Of a stretch of 64,000 nt of DNA, positions 27,405 to 64,000 are shown in pieces (within the stretch, counting starts at the first letter, position 1; each line of letters opens with the position of its first letter). The notes below the pieces were generated by a model. The model made no database searches, was not told the DNA's origin, and saw only the letters and a program-made list of their open reading frames with translations. Position numbers and translations under genes: made by a program. The stretch comes from Tubulanus polymorphus (lineage: Eukaryota; Animalia; Nemertea), in the NCBI RefSeq assembly GCF_964204645.1, contig NC_134027.1:6542485-6606484 (forward strand). The letters run 5' to 3'.

Positions 27405-30400
27405 ATGTTCGGCAGGACGGCTACGGCCATCAAGCCTATTGGGTAGGTTCTATATATGATAAATTATCAATCTGCGTAATTAAAATGTTAGTTCTGAACG
27501 CCTATTTTGAATACTGAAACCTTTTTGATCATGAGCGATTTTCCAAACCTCGCTTGCCAGTGCGCATGCATGCATTCGGATGATGGCTTATCAGCGTTAT
27601 GTCATAAATCCATTGAATAATTGATAGTATGAATAATCTTGATTGGTTTATCCTGCTAACACTAAGCCATTTAATTCTTCTTTCCAGCACCCAGGTCAGA
27701 TATATGGCCACGTTAAAAGACAGTAAGTTTCATGAATCGTATTATCATTTGTCAATTGAAAAATTAAGTCAGTGTAGACTGCTTGCTAAATGATATTTTC
27801 ATTTCTTCGATATAGTTGCTGTGCGTTTGAAGTCAGTTAAAAATATCCAGAAAATCACGGCTTCAATGAAGATGGTGTCCGCCGCCAAGTTTAACAAGGC
27901 TGAACGTGAATTGAGACCGGCACGTGAATATGGTCTTGGCGCAAAGGGTAAGACAGACAATATAAGCAAAACAACCTATAAATCTGTGCTCAAAATGACA
28001 AAATTGAACAGCTAACTTAAATGATCCTTTATACAACAATCCACTTTCATGCAAGAACAACCGTATTTCAACTTATTAAAAATCTGATAGTTGAATTAAT
28101 AAAAAGTTCATTCAAAATAGTATTTTGAGACTGAGAGCATTGAATCAATCCTGTGTGATAACCATTGTTTTTTCAAAAGAAAATTTAAAAAAAGATAGAA
28201 ATATTTCAACACACAATGTACTTGAAAGGTTGGTCTAGAATTTTTTCCCGACACTTATAGGCGGCAAATCTACGTGCCCTGGTGCTTCCCCCTTTAAACT
28301 GTCCCTATCATGTGAATGCTTTTCTATATATATTATACGCATCAATATTGTATTCTTATTTTCATTGTCTCGTTAAAGAATTCTACGAAAAGGCTGGCGT
28401 AACCCAGGATGAAGCGAAACCGAATCATTTGTTGGTTGCGATGACTTCCGATCGAGGTTTATGCGGAGCTTGTCATTCGAATATATGTCGTGCTATCAAG
28501 GCATATGTAAAAGATGCCGGTGAATCGACCAATATCAAGATTATTTGCGTCGGAGATAAAAGCAAAGCTCAATTACAGGGGTAAGCCCTGCAGTTAGGAT
28601 TAGCGTGGAGTTTTTCATGACGGAAATTTGAGTATTTTCAAACCTCATCATTTTATTTACAGGCTTTTCAGTGATAAGATTTTGATGCACTTTACTGATA
28701 TCGGAAAGAAGCCTGCTACTTTTGCCGATGCAAAAATTATCGCCAATGAGCTGATGAACTGCGGCTTTGAGTATGATTTCGGTACGCTCTACTACAATAT
28801 CTTCAAGTAAGTGAAAATTGTTTTGCAGTCAACCTGGTTTAAATCATCCCTGGTTCAGTAAACTTTTAAGTGCTTAATCTGAATATTTAACTATCATCAT
28901 TCTTCTTAAGTTTCTGTGTCTGATACGTGGTCCCATCACTCAGTAAAACCTTTCGTGTAATCCCTATCAGCTGTAAGAATATAGATTTGTACATCCTCCC
29001 CCGGCAGGGATTCGAACCTGATGGCATCGAGATTGCCACGGCACGAAACCCTGCCATAATCGACCGTGTGCGCAGATACATGCGCAGTTCAGATGATGTG
29101 ATTTTTACCAATCAGAAATCCCGTTTTATTTTAGCCCGGGTTTTCCCATTTATAGTTCTTCCTTGAAATTTGCCTCAACGATTATACAACGAGCAATCTG
29201 ATTGGTGCCGCCAGTTTTCGTTCGGAAAGCTGCGCATGAACCTGCGCACCCGGTCTACTGATGCAGGGGTTCGTGCCGTGGCTGAGTGTAGCGATGCCAT
29301 CAGGTTCGAGTCCCTGCAGAGGGAGGATGAGATTTGTAGTGAAAAAATACAATAGCGTAGACTGACTAGTGTTGACTGTCTTTGACCTCCTAATGATAGT
29401 CCTGGTTTCAGGTTACTTTCCAAGTTTCTTCAATTGTAAGCATGTGATTTTTAGTAGGCAATCTAAACATCAGTTAATCAAGTATCATACTGCTTATGTG
29501 CTTAAATCATAGTTTATGTGGATTATGATTGAATTTGTAGAACTACGAATTGTCTACTATCCGTGCATCACATGATCTGTACTAAAACGCTTGGTCCCGA
29601 ATTACACTGAGTGACCAATATTGCATGTAAACTATTATATTCTTTATCGTCCCAAAAATGGCCATTTCAGTCAATCAGAACACGACAGAATTGGACAAAT
29701 TACTCTCAAATTTTCTACTAAATGCTGTTTGTTACATTGTAGATCGGTAATTTCTTACAACACGACTGCGATGCCTGTGTATACACCAGCTCAGGTTAAT
29801 GATGCAGAGAAACTCAGTCTGTATGACAGTCTCGACGAGGATGTCATGCGCTGTTATAACGAATACGCTCTAACTAGTTTGATCTATTACGCTATGAAAG
29901 AATCTGCGGCCAGCGAACAGAGCTCACGTATGACTGCCATGGACAGCGCTACCAAGAATGCCGGTCAGTTACATAACCTGTACACCTGTGTCACCTTGTA
30001 ACAAGGGGGTCAAATCTACTAGATTTAAAAACCTAATTAACAAACCTGGACCATAGTATGGTCCCTATAACGTATGCATTATACTTGCTTTATAGAGGTT
30101 AATGCTGTAATTCCACTCTAAAATATACTGTTTTAGTCTGAATTGTTGTCATAATGTATAAATTGCGTAATTAATAAAAAAGAAAGATATTTGTCCTTAT
30201 TTGAAAAAGGGCACCATTGCCTAAAAAGTCCACTATGGGCCATGTGAGGTTTGCCTGATCTGAAGTGTACTGTTTGACTCACAATTTCCTTTTACTACCA
30301 GGGTTTTTGGCTTTCAGCATTTTACAAAGCTCTAGATTCAAAACGAAATTGTTCATTCTCTAACTCTGATTGTGTAATTTCAGGTGAAATGATTGACAAG

Positions 30401-30484
30401 TTGACATTGACATACAACAGAACAAGACAGGCAGTGATCACTAGGGAATTGATCGAAATTATATCAGGAGCTGCAGCCGTTTAA
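27405..30484 (+). CDS. ATP5F1C: Mitochondrial ATP synthase F1 subunit gamma (290 aa)
   Basis: Exons 27405-27442, 27688-27722, 27816-27947, 28379-28580, 28663-28806, 29743-29963, 30384-30484; 873 nt in frame. Motifs [78 protein letters not shown]. Confidence 0.98.
28992..29329. mobile_element. 338-bp long-TIR MITE with perfect 9-bp TSD (Mutator-like)
   Basis: AGATTTGTA | CATCCTCCC...GGGAGGATG | AGATTTGTA. Imperfect inverted arms of over 120 bp, in ATP5F1C intron 5. Confidence 0.88.
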
Positions 30485-32100
30485 TGATTACTAATTAGTG
30501 TAATTCATCAATTAGGCAGAAACCTTTTCATATTTAGGTGTAATAATAATATTTTCTGTAATATAAATAATTTTCTAACATCAGTTAAATTTGAACAATA
30601 GATTTTCCAAATTCGGATTTTTGCCTGATCTGTGCTAGTTCCTGTCACAAAACGTATTGACTATGTAGCCATCGATTTGTAGGTTCAACACATTAAACCT
30701 TTGTGGTTGATAGATTTGTTAGTGTGAATTTTGTGAGTGTTGACCAAAAACAAATAACTATTAATAAATTTATTGAATTATTTAACAGGATTTGATATTT
30801 ATATATTTATTGCTCTATCTTAGGGTGCATTTTAATTATTCACTGCAGATGAGGACTGATCAAAACCATTGTTTCTGGAAACTCGACCATAAGCTTTGAC
30901 GCTTTCTCGCCGTGGCTCTGGAACTACTTTAATAACATATCCCCAAGTACATGAATGACAAGTGAAATTTATTGGTCCCGTGTGATCTGAGGAAAGTGCA
31001 AACTACTCCGTTAGTAGAATATATTGATTAATACATGATCTGAAAATCTCCGAGAAAAAGATCTCTCGCATGCTACAGTAGATTAGTGAGACATTGTTAT
31101 ATCTCAACCGTTCAGTGCTGCCCTTATGAATTACGATAACGGAATTTCTGTCAACTAAAACAGTAGCACTACCGCCGAAATATAACTTTCCTTATTACGT
31201 GCAATGGACCACTGTCGCGCTGAATTCTCTATCTGATGATCTATAATACTATATATGATAATCCGTCCTAGATTTTAAATGATATTTCCATATTTCTTTT
31301 AAGTAATATATTCTATTTTTATCAAAACTAACTCTCACTTGAGAATTTTCTTGGAATCCGGCACCAAATCAGCAAATACTTAGTCCACTGTTCGCACTTT
31401 CCCTTGATAGAGCTTTGAGAGTCGATGCCAGGTATAAATTTGTAAAACAAATGTGACAGAAGGCTGGCACGGACAGTGCGCGTGAAAAGGCAACCCAATC
31501 GTCCGCCTGGATTTGACTGATCAGAGAATACAGACCACTATAAAACTTATTGTACATGTATATCAGATTTATTTTGTTGAAAATAAAATTTGAAGCATTG
31601 ACCCAGGAAATTTGATATATACATTTCTACAACAAAAGAAACATTTTCATCACAACTATCGACGTATGAATCTGAATTGGAACAAATAACTTAACAACAT
31701 CACATTTTTGTCTTCAAGAACATGGACAACAAGAGAATTTCATTAACAGATTATTCACTATTTGCTTATGTTCACAGCCTGCTGCCGCTTTCGGGTGAAG
31801 AAAACAATTACATAGATCAGATAGAAAAACATACATGTTCATGCCTTTTATCACAGTGCCTAATCAGATAATAGAATAGTAATGATAGGTAAAATAAATA
31901 CCGGTACTTGTATAGATACATTTCTATGATACAGGTTTGTATTTAGCAAAAATTCAAATTTTGGGTATACATAAACTAAATTATGATATGAATATGTATA
32001 CAAACAATGTTTTTCAATTGTCGAAATAACGACGAAGATGCCAGCGGTGGTGCTACCGGTGTTACGTATTTATGTCTAATATATGGCCTCACTCTACAAT

Positions 32101-35100
32101 CTACACGAAAAGACAGCCCCAGCAACGTCTTTCCGGATAAGATTCGTCGTTAGTGGTTTGGTTTTCGATACCGTACATATGATATTTGCCGTCTGACCCT
32201 TTCTTGTATTTATTCAAATCCGCCACGGGTACGACTCGAACTTTCTGCCTCTGAAAAAGTCAGCGAATATGCACACACATATGATATAATGAAATATCAA
32301 ATTATTAAGGTAAGACATTACAAAGGCAATTCTGAAATTTAGAAATTTCTGTTTATCAAATTGTCAACGCCACGATTGTCTAACCTGTATAAGTATACGC
32401 TCTGATGGATAAGCACCCGTGTGCTGACGTATCAATTCAGCCGATGCCTTGTTGATCGCTTGATCCGGGAAATGATTTATTGGCCACACCTAAACAGACA
32501 AGAGACGACAAATGAGTACTTGTCCGTACAAACAGCAATCCACAATGACAACAAAATAAATTTGACAATGGACAATTAGAAATTTGGAGTGTGTATGTAT
32601 TTGAAATGAATTACTTACCCTTGGCAATTCCTCTTCGAATGCAATCGAACCTTGGGTTCCTTTGATAAGATTTTCAGGCAGGGTGCTGCGTTCTACTATA
32701 TGATCTGCAATATGGTTTGTCCTGTAAAGATCGATGGAAGTGTCCAACTTAATAAGATGAAATAAATAGTCAAGAAATTTTCATCAGATTTTCGCTAAAG
32801 ACGATCCATGGTTTGCAATTGCACTGTGTATCGTGAAATGGCACCTCAGAAGTGACGATCAATCCAGAACTTACCAAGTGACGCTTAAACGTATGAAACA
32901 TTTCAACTGGCCCTTCGATTCACACGTCCTGCACGGAACTTGTCCGTGTGCATAACAAATAGCGCATCTGTAAAACAATTCAACGACGTATATAGAGTCT
33001 AGTCTGCATGGAGTGTAATGTAATCTGCACAAGTAATCAGCCGTTCCTCAAAATACAGACAATCTTTTTTCCTCAATACGAGACCAGTGGTGAAGTCGGG
33101 TATAGGCGGCCGGCCGGGTAAAAAGGAGAAACAAGGTATCAATTCTTTTTACAGCTTAACCATGTGAATTTATATTTTTCAGTTGTTAAAATCGTTCCAC
33201 AGATTTGCGACAATGCGAAACATGATTAAAAAAATCTGTGGCCAATTTTCCACACGCGTTTAATCATTTTTGAAAAAAAATCAAACCTATTTTTTCCGTT
33301 TCCATCACACCAAGAACACGACCGATCCTGATGGCGTCCGTCTGTGAAAAACGTTTCTCTCCCTTTACCGTTACAATGATGACAAGTTACCTTCAAACAT
33401 ACAAAATAAATAATTACGAAACGACCATCATCGACAATTTACCCTTTACGTATGTTCCTAGTATCTATATATACAGCACGTAAAATGACTTCGTTTTTTT
33501 TCTCTCGCGATATCATAAAGATCAAGATAGATCAATCTTGCAACCGTTTGCAATTAAGGAGTCGCAATTGCAGAGAATACAAAATAGCTTACCCGCCCCT
33601 TGCCTTGACATCTGTAGCAGCGAACTCTGCCGATACCAACACATTCGTGACATGGCTTAATAAATGGAGAAAAGAAAATTATTTTCTTTTTGCGCTTTGC
33701 CATATGAATTGACAATAAATGTCGTACATTGGATATAGATATATTATGGTGGCTGATAAGGGCCATAGCGTAAAATTCCTGATATTTAAATGAGGGCACC
33801 AGAACGCCAGAACGCCAAAACGAAAAAAAACGTCCAATTTTCTCTGAAAGTTCGTTTTGGCGCGCCAAAACAAAGAAAATTCCGTTTTGGCGTCCCCACC
33901 AAAACAACGAAAAACGTCAAATTTTCTCTAAAAGTTCATTTTGGCGCGCCAAAACAAAGAAAATTCCGTTTTGGCGCCCCCGCCAAAACAACGAAAAACG
34001 TCCAATTTTCTCTAAAAGTTGGTTTTGGCGCGCCAAAACGGAGAATATTCCGTTTTGGCGCCCCCGCCAAAACGAACTTTCAACGAAAAACGTCGAAATT
34101 TCTCTAAAAGTTCGTTTTGGCGGCGGCGCCAAAACGGAATTTTCTTTGTTTTGGCGCGCCAAAACCAACTTTTAGAGAAATTTCGACGTTTTTCGTTGTT
34201 TTGGCGGGGTCGCCAAAACGAAAGTTCGTTTTGGCGGGGGCGCCAAAATGAAAGTTCGTTATGGCGGGGGCGCCAAAACGGAATATTCTTTGTTTTGGTG
34301 CGCCAAAACGAACTTTCAGAGAAAATTGGACGTTTTTTTCGTTTTGGCGTTCTGGCGCCCTCATTTACATACCAGGAATTTTACGCTATGGCCCTTATCA
34401 GCCACCAAAATATATGGTTGAAAAATGGTATAAAACATGAACAAAAATCCTGTGATATCTTTATCAAAATATTTTTCATAACACTTCGTTTTGTTAGGCT
34501 GATATATTTGCTTAATGTATAAATGAATACGTCAGGCATTCGCAATTTAGGATAAATGAATAATTCCATTTCAGTAATTCATAGTTAAGCATTGTGTATC
34601 AGCTTGATGTAGATAAACATTGACAATTAATAATTCACTAACGTCATAGATGCGACCTGATCACGCGTTTTCTGTGGCGTCATAAAATATCATTAATTTC
34701 ATTTCATCATCGATCGTAAATTTTCTCTCGAAATCATTTTTTTCCTGTTTGTCTAACCGTGTTCACATTCAAATGTTCTTCGAGAAGAATCTTTTTCGGA
34801 TTTGAAAATTCAATTCGTAAATGAATTACCTTCAGGGAAGAGGTATGGGGGACCTCAATTCCCACATTTGCATCGATGAATTTTTGAGCTGGTGTTACTG
34901 GAATATCCCAAGGTCCCGGTGCTGAGCCATTACCTGGGCCATCAATAGGCTGACCTAAAAGTGCCATAGAATCCATAGACTATTTTCTAAACAAAACATT
35001 CCTGATGAAATGTGCTAAGACCATTTTCTTATCATTCATTATCAAAAGTACCGTGAGAACATATCCGACTCATTTGGCCACGGACAGTTCTTGGGAATAC

Positions 35101-35831
35101 ATATTTTGATTTCCCTTACCGATAAACGGTTCAAACGCCCAACAAGTCGACCGGGCCTCAGTGAAGGTTTCTAGCGAATATTGAAGGGAAACGGGACCTT
35201 TGTATTTCTTCCAATCTTTCAGTTCTAAGTCGTCGGCAGCTTTTGGTTTGCGGGCGAAGCAAGAGGTAGCATTGTCAACGCTTTGTAGAAGTTGACTAGC
35301 GATACTCTCTTTGCTATCTCGTCGGTGGAGGGCCGGTTGCGGGCTATCTTCGATTCTTTGTAAGTTAGCCAAATCTTTGGCATCCTTGACAGCTGAAACA
35401 TCCTGGGCAGAATTTCCGTTTACGTTCCCGTGATATGCTAAATTATTTTGGCTTGAATACAGACTCGACGGCAACGAAGCGGTAAATTCTGCCTCTCTTC
35501 TTAACTCGTTGATTAAATCGGGTGCACCACCAATGACGTTGTCATCGTTCAAATCGTGATTTGAGGCGTACTTGCGGAGCGTTGGATATTTCCGTTTGGT
35601 GGTGGCCAGTGTGTGTGCTGCCGTGTCCGTATCATCATCATTTTTTGGTAATTCGGGATATAATACGGACATAGATCCAACCGATGGTGCGTCATCGAAT
35701 AGTTTTCGAGTTGACCGACGTCGCAAACTTCCATATACGTAATGTCCCGTCGCCGGTAAACTCGATGCCAGTTTCAACGTCCCGAGCGACGAAGCTTCTG
35801 CGACCGAATTTTTTTTCTTGAATATCTCCAT
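32101..35831 (-). CDS. SSUH2: SSUH2 homolog (DnaJ-type CxxCxGxG zinc-finger protein, 484 aa)
   Basis: Exons 35831-35120, 34954-34830, 33655-33593, 33390-33287, 32967-32875, 32721-32619, 32489-32385, 32250-32101; 1455 nt in frame. Motifs YSLETFTEARST, PGPWDIPV..F, VPHTSSLKPCHECVGIGR, repeated CxxCxGxG, and C-terminal YPERRCWGCLFV (CaaX-like). Confidence 0.9.
33747..34407. mobile_element. Foldback element: long inverted repeat with internal ~84-bp tandem units
   Basis: TIR TGGTGGCTGATAAGGGCCATAGCGTAAAATTCCTG at both ends. Internal units start near 33847, 33931 and 34015 and are mirrored in the right arm. Sits in SSUH2 intron 2. Confidence 0.9.
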
Positions 35832-36624
35832 TGTTTTAATCCGATTAATTCGTTGATTTGCCCTTGGTGACCATTTTCATTCCACACCCGGTAGCAGTAC
35901 GTAATATTCCAATGTGAACATGGCGGGTATTTTTGTGTTTCTGCAGCACATCATGTATACAAATAAAGATACCCAGAACCTCATGAATATGTAAAATTAT
36001 TCGGTGTGTTCCTATAGCACCTGTTACATTTCGATACTACTGGAAGTATGATCAGGACACCGAGCAGCAATGATTGAGATTTTTATTTCTTTACGCTTTA
36101 GATTCCATAACATTAAATCATAATTCAATTTGATTATTCGAATTCATATCTACAATGAGGAGATCGCTGACGTAAAATGAATCTGCACCTGACCAAAGAT
36201 ACTTTTCAGAATTATTTGCTAAAGGAAAAGGCTGTTCGCAATCTCTGTGAAACAATACCATCAGTCCGGTAGCTAGAAACCTATTTTCGCGCTATTGATT
36301 TCTAGAATTATTTACTTTTTGTTTGGTGCCAATGATCCCTTGAGAACGCCGAGCGCTGCAGATGCAGCACCCAGTTCAGGCGGCTGTTATATTGGGACTC
36401 GAACCTTGTTCTACTCGAACCTCAGCGCTATACTCCTATCAACTGTTAGGTTCGAATCCTAAAGAAACGTTCACTACGAACAACCCATGCGCCATCTATC
36501 GCTTCCGTCCGGATCTTGTTATTGATTATAAACGATTTTTACTTCCTGGTTCTCGTTATTTTCTGATTTTTCACAGTTTTTGCTCTCAGAATCGACTAAA
36601 ACTGCGCTCACTTCAAGAGTTAAC
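35832..36624. promoter_or_regulatory. Divergent promoter region SSUH2/KCC with clustered B-box motifs
   Basis: Start codons are 794 bp apart. GGTTCGARTCC-type motifs at 36395(-), 36412(-) and 36449(+). Confidence 0.55.
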
Positions 36625-63952
<27,328 letters not shown>

Positions 63953-64000
63953 GTTTGTTGATTCTAATGTCTGCACATTGATACTTATATACTTATCCGT

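Noticed and set aside
28887-29423. Four overlapping ORFs in the ATP5F1C intron
   Set aside because: They come from the GC-rich palindromic MITE and have no transposase motifs.
33790-34340. CRISPR-like or coding repeat array (several repetitive ORFs)
   Set aside because: The spacers are not unique, the region is one inverted repeat inside a eukaryotic intron, and there are no cas genes. The ORFs are by-products of the repeat.

Overview
AT-rich, intron-containing animal DNA. Compact introns and the gene content suggest a marine invertebrate, but the species cannot be determined from the sequence. Hand splicing gives eight protein genes with consistent reading frames: (1) a 432-aa protein ending in a small vasohibin-binding protein (SVBP/CCDC23)-like motif; (2) a cytosolic alpha-carbonic anhydrase with alternative first exons; (3) a secreted PAN/apple + Thr-rich stalk + 3x CTHRC1 C-terminal-domain protein with no collagen helix; (4) an intronless class A GPCR; (5) NAMPT, head-to-head with (6) ATP synthase F1 gamma; (7) SSUH2, head-to-head with (8) a K-Cl cotransporter (SLC12A4-7 type) that has two first exons and a U12 intron and runs off the window end. 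Non-coding DNA holds a LINE RT fragment, a tRNA-derived SINE, several MITE families with readable target-site duplications (3, 7 and 9-10 bp), a foldback element full of E2F-type palindromes, and an apparently exact 1552-bp tandem duplication. The best novelty candidates are the collagen-less triple-CTHRC1 protein, the long and possibly myristoylated SVBP-motif isoforms, and 19-36-bp CA...TG palindromic insertions with 7-bp TSDs. All coordinates and counts were read by hand; no database searches were run.
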